DNA of 64,000 nt. It comes from the human T2T-CHM13v2.0 reference genome, Homo sapiens. Under the pieces are notes generated by a model that was not told the origin of the DNA, did no database searches, and saw nothing but the letters and a program-made list of their open reading frames with translations. A program made the translations under genes and the position numbers. Positions 40,145-53,113 of the stretch are shown piece after piece (within the stretch, counting starts at the first letter, position 1; every line of letters begins with the position of its first letter). Where the stretch lies: the NCBI RefSeq assembly GCF_009914755.1, contig NC_060929.1; one strand, written 5' to 3'.

Positions 40145-40560
40145 TGATATGGTTTGGATCTGTGTCCCCACGAAATCTCCTGTGGAATTGCAATCCCCAG
40201 TGTTGGAGGTGGGGCCTGGTGGGAGGCAATTGGATCATGGGGGCAGAGTTCTCATGAATGGGTTAGCACCAACTCCCCAGTGCTGTTCATGTGAAATGAG
40301 TGAGTTACCATGAGGTCCAGTTGTTTTAAAAGCATGTAGCACCTTCTCCCTCCCTCTCTTCCTCCCGCTCTGGCCATGTGAGACGTGCCTGCTTTTCCTA
40401 TGCCTTCTGCCATGACTGCAAGTTTCCTTCTCCTCAGAAGCAGAAGCCACTATGCTTCCCTGTAGAGCCTGCAGAACCATGAGCCAATTAAACCTCTTTT
40501 CTTTATAAATTACTCAGTCTCAGGTATTTCTTTATAGCACTGTGAGAGTAGCCTAATACA
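40145..40560 (+). mobile_element. MSTA/MSTB solo LTR nested in MLT1E
   Basis: 'tgatatggtttggatctgtgtcccc...gagccaattaaacctcttttctttataaattac...ctaataca'; TSD GCA(G/A)G. Confidence 0.92.
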
Positions 40561-40949
40561 GCAAGGATCTCAGTTCTACTCTCACACAGCACTGAATTCT
40601 TTCGATTGATTTTAACTTTGTAAGTCCCTAAGCAGAGAACCTCATTAAGCCCTCATGAGGACTCCTAATCTACAGAAACTTTAAGACAATAAATTTGTGT
40701 TAAGTTGCTATGTTTGTGGTAATGTGTTACAGCAGCAATAGAAAACTTATACAGAGACTGAGGAGGTTCACTGTATCAATGTAAAGTCATTTGCTTACTC
40801 GCTCATTAGCAGAAAGGGCTGGTAATTTACGACAAAATTAGAGACTTTCCAGAGAGATATAGAAATGATCACAGATCATGCTTACTCCCAGATTCCAAGG
40901 GAAAGAACCCACAAAGTTGCACTAGAAGCAAAGATGAGTTGGTTAGAAA

Positions 40950-41153
40950 CGGAGATATGCTGGTAAATGTTAAACAACCAGCACTCCAGGAAGAGGGAAA
41001 AATAAATTTAAAACCTTGATTAGTAGAATTTGACAATTTCCATGTGTGATTGCTCCTAACATGGCCAGTATCAAACAAGCGGCTCACAAAATTCCTGCAA
41101 ATTTAACAATAAGCTCGCATAAGCCAGTGTGCACTGGCTCCGGCGCACCACCG
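40950..41153 (-). mobile_element. hAT-Blackjack MITE, MER63A-like
   Basis: 'gctggtaaatgttaaacaacc' and 'ggctcacaaaattcctgcaaatttaacaat...ggctccggcgcaccac'. Confidence 0.7.
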
Positions 41154-41339
41154 GGATCATAAAGCAAATGGAGGAAGTTGTCTTGAGGGAATTCAGACAG
41201 GCTTGGTGTAAAAGAGACAAGGAGACTCAGCCTCAAATGCATCCACCTTCCCATGAAAGAGGTCAGTGGCTCTGGCTCTCCAGGCCCTGTGGTAGACCTT
41301 CTTCTCTTCAGATTCTACCTTCTTGCCCCAGACAATTTT

Positions 41340-42720
41340 AGCCACTTATGGCTTCTTTTGCCATCCACATGCTGATGACTCCCAAATCTCCATATTCAGC
41401 CCAGTTCCCTGTGATGCATTCCAGCCCAACATAGCCAACAGCCTATGTGCTCTCTCCTCTCCCATTGGCACATCTAACTTAACACGTCTAAACCAGAGTC
41501 CATCATTGTATTAGTCCATTCTCACACTGCTATGAAGAACTGCCAGAGACTGGATAAATTATAAAGGAAAGAGGTTTAATTGCCTCATAGTTTCCCAGGG
41601 CTGGGGAGGCCTCAGGTAACTTACGATCATGGCAGAAGGGGAAGAAAACATGTCCTTCTTCACAATGGTGGGAGGAATGAGAAGAATGAGAGCCGAGCAA
41701 AGGGGGAAACCCCTTATAAAACCATCGGATCTCGTGAGAACTTACTATCACAAGAATATCATGGGGGAAACTGCCCCCATGATTCAATTACTTCCCATCG
41801 GGTCCCTCCTACCACACGTGGGGATTATGGGAACTACAATTCAAGATGAGATTTGGGTGGGAACACAGCCAAACCGTATCAATCATTTACCCCCAAAAGA
41901 CCTGGTCCTCCCCCCGAAACTCCCTGTATTAGTGTTTAGTGCCTCTGTCCAGGTGAAAAAGGCAGGAATCTAGGAAGTATCCCTGAAGCTCCTTTTTCAC
42001 TTTCCATATCCAGTAAGTCACCATATCTGATCAAAACGCTCCTCAAACATAGGGAAAAATAGGTAGAATCCATCTATTTCTCCTATGCCTACCATTGTAC
42101 TATTCCAAACCACAAGTGTTGCTCTTCTAGGTTATTATAGTAGTTTCCTAACTCAGCCTCCATAATCCCCATTTTTTACAACAGAATAATCGTTTAAAGC
42201 TATAAACCTCATCAAGTCACAACCCTGATTACAACCTATTGATGCTTACCACTGCTTTTAGGATCAACTCAACATTCTTCACTGGGACTCTGAGCGACCT
42301 AGTCACTGCCTACCTCTACTGCATTACCTTGTCCCATGTATCCCCTCACTCCCTAACCCATGCTGGCTCTTCTCAGCTCCCAGAGCTCTCGTCTTCCTCC
42401 CACTCCTATCCTGGGCTCTCTTTTTCTAGATAACTTTTACTCAGCTACCAGCTCTTGGCCTTCATGCCACTTCCTCAGGGAAGCCTTCTTGATTTCCCCA
42501 GACTAGTCAGGTGCCCACAGCCCTCTGTTCTTTTCCTTCATAGCTCTTATCACAATTGCAATCAAATAATTACTGGTACAATTATTTGTTTAATGCCTGC
42601 TCTCCCCCTGTGAATATGAACTCGAGTAGGGTCAGGACTCCTGTAAGAGACTGGTCATTGTTGTATTTTCACAGTTCAGATGTTGTCTTTATGCAGAGAT
42701 GCAGAATATATTTTTTAAGT
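41340..42720 (+). mobile_element. L2 (RT C-terminal region to 3' end), interrupted by THE1
   Basis: ORF 41323-41514 retains 'HADDSQISIFSP', the L2 RT YADDSQIYISSP relic; downstream 'cacttcctcagggaagccttc' and 'tcatagctcttatcacaattg'. Confidence 0.82.
41507..41881 (-). mobile_element. THE1C solo LTR
   Basis: 'tgtattagtccattctcacactgct...gagatttgggtgggaacacagccaaaccgtatca'; perfect TSD ATCAT. Confidence 0.93.
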
Positions 42721-42739
42721 AACAATAAAGAAAAAATAT

Positions 42740-42975
42740 AGTGCTAAGTGAAAAACCTCAGGTCATAGAATAGATTGTACAGGAAGATTTCAATTTGTAC
42801 AAACAACATAAATGCATTAACAGAGAATAGGCTGGATATAAATCAGAATAATAACAAAGACTATTTCTAGGTGGTGGTATTACAAGTAATTTTTGCCTTC
42901 CTCTCTCTCTCTATTTATATATTCAATTTTTTCTAAAAAGGACAAGTTTTGTTTTTATAACCAGAAAAAAACTAT
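42740..42975 (+). mobile_element. Ancient L1ME-type 3' end fragment
   Basis: 'ctaagtgaaaaa', 'tatttctaggtggtggtattacaagtaatttt', 'ttttataaccagaaaaaa'. Confidence 0.55.
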
Positions 42976-44628
42976 AAAAGGTATTATTTTTAAACATAGC
43001 AGAACAGGCATTGTGTCTGAGGTTAAAGAACAGAGGAGGTTCCTGTCCTTCTCCATTCTCCAGTCATCAGCAAGTCACTGAATAAATGAGCACCCTCAAA
43101 GCACATCTGTGGCAGCAGCAGGTTTCACAGGCAGATGTCTGTGTCCCAGAAGGTGCCTGCCCCAGTAGGTGCCGAAGACAAGATTCTCTTCCTAAAGTCT
43201 GATTAGCCCAGAAGACAAACAGTAAGAGAAGAAAAGCCCATCCTTACAAGTCCTTCTTAATCAAAGCCCAGGAGATATTCTGAGCCATTAGACAGGATTT
43301 TTATTTCCACTGGGATGAAGATATTTTGGAATAAATTCTCTGTCTTATTCCTTAGAATGAATTCTTTAAAAGAAGGGATGCATTCCCTACAGCTGCCCAA
43401 TTTTTTCACAAGTGGATGAGAAACTGCAACTCTATCACCTACGTGATAAATTAAGGTTCCTACTAGCAGATGAAGCAACGGAAGGTTGTTTATAACGTTA
43501 CTGCTCCTGAGGCCTGGAATCACAGCATCAGGGTTACATATCAACATCTGGCAGAAACAAATCAGTTGCAAGATAAAATCCAATCAACTACACTTCTTCT
43601 CAATCCCCATCAAAAATACCCATCCTACTTGCTTCTGAATATATTCTTCAAGTAGGTTTATTTAAGGAAAGACAACTATAGAATCCCAGACAGTGGGCAA
43701 GTAGGCTGCCTGCCAATGCTGGCAAGGTGGGAGTCTCTTTTGGAGCTGGGGAAGGACCTTCACCTTCAGGAAGTCTTCATTGAATGGAAAATCATCAGAG
43801 CTGTCACCCAAACCCACCTCTTACAGAAAATGCTGGTAATTGTTTTGTAAAAAAATAACGACTGTCAATTCATTTGATTGTCCAGGGATTTGTGACATGG
43901 CAGAAATATGCTCTTACCTCGTTAGGAAGTTTTAGTCCATGTGTTTCCCTAACTCTAGCTAACACAGGATCCGTTGGAGCCAAAGGCAGGGGATTTGTTT
44001 GACAAGCTGAGGACCTTGTGCCAGGATAGCAGCGAATGCACAGCAGGATAATATTAAGCCATTATTAGCTTCCCAACCATTCACACAGATGAGTTGATTC
44101 TATCAACTTGTCACTCTGAAAAGTCAACAGCTCCACTCGAGAGGAATGAGAAAGGGGACAGATTTGGTCTGATGAGCAGGGAGGAAACAGAAGAAAGATT
44201 GGAAGCTCAAGTGGGTAGACAAGACAAGCAGGACGAATAAAAATTCTGGGTTTTTCCACTTATTCATATGGTTCATATAACCGCTACACAGTCTTAAGCT
44301 CCATTTGCTCACCTCTGTAACGGGGGAATAATTTGCCCAGCATTGTTATGAGAGCAGATGTGACACAAAGTATTTCATGAATTTGAGGGTTAAGGCAGGG
44401 CACAAACAAAAGTGAGAATTAGGTTGAAAACAAAGTTGTCTAAGCATCCATCTTGGCTCTCAGTGCTCAGATCAGTGCCTGGCAAAAGTGAGGTCATTCA
44501 ATAAATATTTGTTGGATAAATATTTGTTGGAGGAATGACTGGCTGGCTGAATGAATTAACAAACAGCACGTATTTCTGAAAGATTCACCTGAAATAAATT
44601 AGACTGGGCCTTTAAAAAGCAGGCAATA

Positions 44629-44951
<323 letters not shown>

Positions 44952-45048
44952 TTAGTTTAGTTTAATTTTTTAAATAAAAATGAACAGAACAATGCAGCAT
45001 GCTGTACCAGCTCTTGATAATCTCCCCAAGCAGGCTGAAAGTGTTTGA

Positions 45049-45515
<467 letters not shown>

Positions 45516-45635
45516 TGAAAGCATTAAAAAAATAATAAAATAAAATAAAATAAAAAATAACATAACCATAAAAAGTAGAATTTTTTAAAAATACAGTATA
45601 ACAACTATTTATACAGCACACTGTGTGAGGTATTA

Positions 45636-46309
45636 CAGTCACAGATTGCTTAATGATGGGATCTGTTCTGAGAAATGCATCATTGGGTATTTTGCCGGAT
45701 GTCATCATTGTGCAAAATTGTATTATGAAAGGGAACAGCAATGAATTTTTCTTTTAGCTACACTGGTCCCTGGTTGCATGAGTGTGGGCCCTCTAATTAT
45801 GTTACTAAGTCTCTTTGCACCTCACTTTCCTCATCTGTTAAATGGGGATTAGAATAGCACCACCCCCTCAAAGTGATGAAAATTAAATTGCAGGTAGGAT
45901 TGGTGCCTGGCACTCAGCAAGCATGCAGCGAATGTTAGCTAACTGTTATTAACTATTATTCTGCCATGGGGATGGGTGGGAATCATCTTAAATTGCAAGG
46001 ATTCTAAAATAGCCCTTTCCTTTGAGGTCAGGTCTCATGTGTCAAATGCTTGGCTTTCTATCTTGAAGGTCTGAGCTACCTTTGGGAGGGTCACCTATGG
46101 ATAAGCTAAGTACTCCCCAGCATATTTTGCAGTAGGTTTGTTTACACCAGCATTGCCACAAACACGTGAATAAGGATTATGCTGTGATGTGATGACAGCT
46201 ATGACATCACTATGTGACAGGAATTTTTCAGGTTCAGTGTAATCGTACAGGACTTCCACTGTATATGCGGTCTGTTGTCAACTGAAACATCATTATGCAG
46301 CACATGACT
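45636..46309 (+). mobile_element. Tigger3 (GOLEM) family deletion derivative with foreign internal segment
   Basis: Left end 'cagtca...gcttaatgatggg...gttctgagaaatgcatc' after TA; right end 'cagtaggtttgtttacaccagc...ctgaaacatcattatgcagcacatgact'. Confidence 0.85.
45800..45960 (+). mobile_element. MIR fragment inside Tigger3
   Basis: 'cctcactttcctcatctgttaaatggggattagaatagcac...gtgcctggcactcagcaagc...aatgttagct...ttatt'. Confidence 0.8.
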
Positions 46310-46580
46310 AAGTAATCCAGAGATCATTTAAAGTGTATGGAAGAACGTGTGTAGGTTATATGCAAAAACGACACCACTTTGTAGAAGGGACTTGAGCATC
46401 TGAGGATTTTAGTATCTGTGGAAGTCCTGAAACCACATGAGTGAGAAGCAAATAGCTTTAAAATAGCATTAACAGTATAATCTGTTTAATGTAAACTGCT
46501 AGGATGTATTTTGCCCAGATCCTGTTTAAGCAAGGCTTGATATTTTACATGCTCCTTAGAGTCTGTCTTGTTGGGCCTTT

Positions 46581-46659
46581 CATCTTACTCTTATATAAGG
46601 TAAGTGCTGATCTTGTTAATCATCTTACTCATATATAAGGTAAGTGTTAATCTTGTAAT
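46581..46659. repeat. 40-bp tandem duplication
   Basis: catcttactc(t/a)tatataaggtaagtg(c/t)t(g/a)atcttg(t)taat x2. Confidence 0.93.
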
Positions 46660-47704
46660 CCTTCCTTGTTTCTCAAGGAAGGAAAGCATACCTCTAGAAG
46701 CACATTAAAGGACTTGCTATTGGTTTACTCTGTAAACCAGGAACCTGACATAGTTGCTGGTTTCTGAGTAACCACAGCAGTACAACAAATGAAAGGAAAT
46801 AAATCTAGTTTTGATTTTCAAAATGCAGGCCTATTCCAGCCACCCCATCACTTTCCCATCCCTGTGTTTAAGCCTCCTTCAGACCACAGCAGAGCTGCCC
46901 TGCTACACTGGGTGAGCCCTTCTCCTGCAGTTTTGCCCTGGCTACAGAGCTGCAACCCCCACACCTCATCTCCTCTGGGCTCTGGATTCTCAAGAGACAG
47001 AAACCTCCTCTTTTTTACAACACAGCAAAGACCTGGCCAACCTTCTCCGTCTCCTCTTTTTCATGGCCTGTCCAGATTTTTGCTTTTCTAATTTCCTCTT
47101 CTGATTCTTTATCAGAGAGGAGCCTTTGTGGTCCAGGGCCTGCCTCCTCCTTGCTCATTTCAGCCAGCACCCAGAATACCCTCACAGAGAAGCAAATCAC
47201 TCAGCAAGCACCAATTTATCCCAAGAAAACCTTTTAAGGGGTTGAGACCAATGAGTGTTCACTCTCGCTATTTAAACGGTTATTGCTCTCAGCCCAGGAG
47301 TATGGCTGTTGGAGCTTTCACTTGTTTTCTCCTGGAAATGATTCATTTCATAACAACAGAGTCCTTCAGCGAAGGACTGCAATAGCTTCTGGGTTGCTAA
47401 ACACTCTGAATGTTTCATTATGGATAATGGGCCTAACACGATAACATATGTAAGCAACCAGGAAAGGAGAACAGATACAAAGACAGCCATGAAGCTGGGC
47501 AGGCAGTGTGACAGCTCTGTCTCTCCTGCTGCCCTGGGCAGTGCCCACTGACCCAGAGCCTTGACCCTGAAATGCTTGCTCTGAACCTTGGCAGGAACCT
47601 CAGAAGTCATGCACGTGTTCACTGACCACAGAGCTCTAGGGACAAACATCTGGTTTCCGATATGGAGTGTAGGCAAAAGATCTGGTCCACTCACTCATAC
47701 TTCA

Positions 47705-47915
47705 TAATCATAACCAATGATTTAGTGCCCACTGTATGCTAGGCCCTGTGCCAAGGTATTTAGTACGTTATATCCTTTAATCCTCAGAATAACCCTATGA
47801 GGAAGGCACCAGCATTATCCCCATTTTACAGTTGAAAGAACTGAGGCATAGTGTGATTAACTAATTTGTCTAAGGTCACAGAGTTAAGTGGCATGGCCAG
47901 ACAATGGAACCTCGT
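47705..47915 (-). mobile_element. MIR
   Basis: 'tttaatcctcagaataaccctatgagg...attatccccattttacag...aactgaggc...aaggtcacagag'. Confidence 0.88.
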
Positions 47916-48482
47916 TGCCTTACCCTCAATGCTGTGAAACAATAGACAACAGCCCACAGCAACACCCTCTACACAGTGGTTCTGGGCAAAACACCTTGTT
48001 GGCATCATATATTAACAAATCCACTGACCCCCAAAAGACCATGTGGTAAGTTAAATGAGCTCCTGCTTATTTCTATATAAAAAATTACCTTTCAAACCCC
48101 AAGGACTGTGCATGGATATTCCCAGGTTGGGCTAAAGCTCATGTTGTCCAGGTGGTACCTTCCTGTCAGCTCTCCATGATTCATTTATGAGTCTGGAGTT
48201 TGCTACTGGACCTACCCAACAATGTTCCCAGGCTTCCCTGAGAACAGACCATGCAAGCTTTCAGGAAGATCAATTTTTCCAGCAGAAGGAGAAACCACAA
48301 ACTTAGCTCCCTACCCAGATTTTATCTCCCACTCCAAGAGAACTGGGGGAAAACAAAACATTTTAAAGGCAAACAGGAACAAAATGTAGTGTAAATGTTA
48401 CTGAGAGCGTTCTCTTCATGGAGCCCCAGGGAGTCCTTTCTGGAAGACAGGAGCTTTGCGATCCTGTCCTCTGCCTCTACCG

Positions 48483-48573
48483 GTGAGTCAGCAAAATGGA
48501 TCTGAGCGCAAGGCTAGAGCCACAGCCGTGTCCCACTCGATAAGGTTTCCGCTGGTTCTCTCCTCTGACGTCA
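48483..48573. promoter_or_regulatory. Candidate enhancer motif cluster (CNC-sMaf/AP-1, GATA, CRE)
   Basis: GTGAGTCAGCA 48483-48493, GATAAG 48539-48544, TGACGTCA 48566-48573; motif matches only. Confidence 0.3.
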
Positions 48574-49169
48574 AAACCCATCTGTGAGATGGGGACATGA
48601 AAGCCAGCTCTCGCTCAAAAAGGGTTTCTGTATAGCTCTCGGGCTGGCCCCTGTTTCAGAAGCCATTCTTACAGTGATTTTGTAGCAACTGATGTTTCTC
48701 TTGCTTGGTCATCTCTCACCTCCAGCTCAAGGAGTTTTTGCGAGCTCAGTTTCTGGGCCTGAGATGAGATGTATCCCCTCTGAGTTCCATCAAGGCCACA
48801 GGCCATGCCTTCAAGGGCACCCCAAGCACAGCCAGACCAGCTGTGGGCCAGGCTCCTCTGGGTCCCTCAACCTAAGCTGGCATCTCTCTGTGGCACAAGT
48901 GGTCTGCCATGGGCCTGGGTCCCTGGTTAGGACATGATCAGCACCCTGAGATACTCAGGATCATTCAGCGATGGAGTTGCATGTGCTCTTCTTCTTTCCA
49001 GCCAGACCTTAAGGACAAAGAACCAGGCTTCTGGATTTGCGCTGTTCCCTCTTCTCCTCCCCAGTAGCCAGCAACATCATACCAATCCTGTCAACCATGA
49101 TCCTTACCATACCCACAGCCTCTTCTAAGGAAAACTGTCTTGACCGCAGACCCAACTGAATAAGTAGCT

Positions 49170-49720
49170 CCAGGCAGCCATATTTTGTACCCCACAACTT
49201 GCTGTGACCACGTCTAACTGGAGCAAGGGGCACACGTGACCCGAAGGCTGCAACTCCAAAGACTCTCCCGTGACACATCCTAAGAGGTGAGCAGAGCCAG
49301 CTGGACAGAACTTTTTGAAAATTTACACTGAAAAAATGATTAATTTTTCAAGTGATTAATCAGTTTGCCCCAATAAAAGTGAGACTTGGAGGAAGCTTCA
49401 AAATGAGGTATGCCAGGAACCAGAGGGATCCAAGCCAAGCTGAGTTAGGAGGAGGCAGAAGCCAGGAGTATTCAGAGGCTGAGAGGCAGAGGAAAGAGAC
49501 AGGGCAGCAGGGATGCAGCCAGCTGACATGGCCATGGTGGGTGGAGCAGGCAGAAGGGGGCCAGAAGTGAAGACAGAGCTGAGCGTCATTCAAGGTGGAG
49601 TGATGGAGTGGCGGGTGAGCAACCACAGCTGCATGGTGGGAGCCAAATGCTTTGGACCAGTTCCAGTTTCATGGCTCCACCATGTTTGTAGTGTTCAGCA
49701 TTCTGCAAGGTCCTTGCTCC
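49170..49720 (+). mobile_element. Possible old ERVL LTR fragment (LTR16/LTR33-like)
   Basis: 'ggagcaaggggcacacgtgacc', 'gaggctgagaggcagagg', 'ttccagtttcatggctcc' are reminiscent; weak. Confidence 0.35.
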
Positions 49721-50288
49721 CTTATTGCCCCTCATGTAACCCACAGTACCCTCCTTCTACATCCTTCACTGAGGAAGATTCTACAGGACATGCATGCAGG
49801 CCCACACTGGGCAAGGCCATTCCTCCCTCCTCCAAAGCCCAAAGCCCACGCATCACCCTGCCTCGCCACAGCGTCACTCTTTCCCTGGGGCTGTAGGCGG
49901 CAGACCGTGCTTCTCACCTGTGTCCTACCCACCTCTCTCTCTGCCACATGTAGTCCAACACACAGTTCAGACTCGATACTGATCATACAAATCTCCCCAC
50001 AGCTCACTGGATTCTCTTCAAGACCCTCAATAGGTGCTGCAGATTCCCAAATGACACAGTGAGCAAACAACTATGATCTGTGATCTTACTTAGAGGGCTT
50101 GGATCTCAAATAGATTGGAGATTTGGAGTTGAAAATCAGCTACTGTCCAGTGAATTTTTCCAGTTTGTTTTTTAACAAGAGATTTGACATAGAATAATGT
50201 GGGTAATTCTTTAAAGAATTTTACACATTAGACTTTTATAGTACATGTCCTTCAATTATACTGCTACATATCCCAAGCAGTATTTTAG

Positions 50289-50815
<527 letters not shown>

Positions 50816-51591
50816 TGGATAAGATTTTCTAGTATCTCACAGACCTCCTCCAGAGAGCTGCGCCTTTGCTAATCCTCTTCTGTAACAGGCATTTTGCTTT
50901 GATGACGCCTAACTCCAAACTATAAGCATGGAATATCTTGGTATACTTATATTCACATCATATATGTTCCAATAGGGCAGAATTGTTTCTTTTTACAAAT
51001 ATGCATATTATTAATTGCTATATGAGGAGAAACGTTGAATTGTATTCTTTGGTCACAGAGAAGAATGGTTACCACTAGGACAAGCAGGAATACATGAAAT
51101 TCACACCGACACAGTGGGTAAGAGCAGAGACCCCAGCAGCAGTATACACTATGAACTGCAGTGTGTCCTGTGCCCATCCATGTGTTCAGCAGGGCAGAGC
51201 AGCAGCCAGTGGGGCTGGAAGAGGAACTGCATGAAGTGGATTCTTCCTATAGAATTCTTCCAATTCCAATTCTATGGAATTGGATGCTATTAAACCTGTC
51301 TTCAGCCATCCACATGGACAGACGGCAAGGACAAAAGCTTCTAAACATCCTGACTATTGGTCAGCAGTGACTGGGAATGGATCACTTCTTTTTCAGTGGT
51401 AAGTACACGAGATTTAAACCCAACATGAGGCCTGGTACAAAGGAGTGGGGATAGAGGTGGGAGTAGAATCTGTACATTGCGACAAACAGAACATTATCCT
51501 GAAGGGTCCTCTCTGAGAATGATCTACTTTAGAATTCAGAAGAAAACGTAAGAGAACTTCGGCACCTCAAGAGAATTAAATAAACTGTCGG

Positions 51592-51921
<330 letters not shown>

Positions 51922-52939
51922 CCGTTGGTTCAGGGAGAACAGGAGGAATCTCTAGAGAAGAGGAACAGATGAAGAAACAAGAGGGTGAATCAAAGGCTCG
52001 AGAGAAGAGGATAAAGGAAAAACATGAGGAAATGAGAAGTGAGGTGACTTAGAAAAAGGAGTGCAAGAGGTGGAAAATGCATTTGCATAATTAGCATCCA
52101 CATAGGAACCAGTAAAGAGCAGAACTGAAATGATACAAAACTCAGTCAATGACATGTTGGACAAACTTTAGAAGCTGTCCCAGAGTGCAGAGAAGAAAAG
52201 GAGCAGATGTGCAGGGCAGGCAATAGAGTTTCCACTACACACAGACAATTTCAGAAGACAAGGCTAGAACAAATAATCAAGACAAAGACATAGTTGTGGG
52301 AAATGTTCCTAAAGACTGAAGCATAGATTAAAAGCATTCATCATGTTCCAGAAGAAAAAATGGTAAGAAATCGATACTACACTTACCCAAATAAACATTT
52401 GGATAATGAAGACAAAGGACAAGTGGTTCTAGCATTTTAGCCAGAAAACCACAAAACAATTTATTTTTTAAACAAAGGAAACAAACCAGGCCTCCCTTAG
52501 ACTTTTATTCTGGAATACAAAATACTGGAAGATAATGGACCAATGTCTACATAGTTGTAAGGGAAAGTACTTTTATTTAGGAAGTATAATAAGGAAGCTC
52601 GTCTTTACTATATAAAAGTAATACTTTGTATTCTTGGACATGCAGTATTCAAGACAATATAACACCCATGCATTCTTCATTCAAAAACATCGCTTGAAAA
52701 TGTAACATTAATATAATTAACCTAAGAAAAGAAAATTAACATCTGAAACTATAATATAGAAGAATCCCCGATAAGCCATGCAACCAAATAAATAACAGAT
52801 AAATCTAAATAAATGCTATAATGTTGGTTAATAAGCTGAATAAATTGTCAGCATGTTTTAGAAAGAAAAGACTAACAAAAAGTCTTTCATTGGTTGGCTC
52901 CAAATTCCTAATAATAATAGAAACTAAGAAGTGGTACAG

Positions 52940-53113
52940 GGCTAGGCATGGTGGCTCACACCTGTAATGCCAGCACTTTGGGAGGCTGAGGTGGGAGGAT
53001 CACTTGAGGTCAGGAGGTCAGGGCTGGAATGAGCCATGATCACACCACTGCACTCCAGCCTGAGCAACAAAGTGAGACCCCCATCTCTTAAAAGGAAAGG
53101 AAAAAAAAAAAAA
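52940..53113 (+). mobile_element. Monomeric Alu (FRAM-like or recombined AluJ)
   Basis: Single arm with 'gggaggatcacttgag...gagccatgatcacaccactgcactccagcctg' and A tail. Confidence 0.85.

Larger units (their letters stand above)
39310..40753 (+). mobile_element. MLT1E-like solo LTR split in three by two nested LTRs
   Basis: Start 'tatggtaggcagaattcta', middle 39907-40144, end 'gtggtaatgtgttacagcagcaatagaaaacttataca'; TSD (A/G)AGAC. Confidence 0.8.

Noticed and set aside
44501-44530. 15-bp tandem ATAAATATTTGTTGG x2
   Set aside because: Ordinary slippage within an L2 tail.
51259-51284. 10-bp inverted repeat TCCAATTCCA/TGGAATTGGA
   Set aside because: Roughly one such stem is expected by chance in 64 kb.
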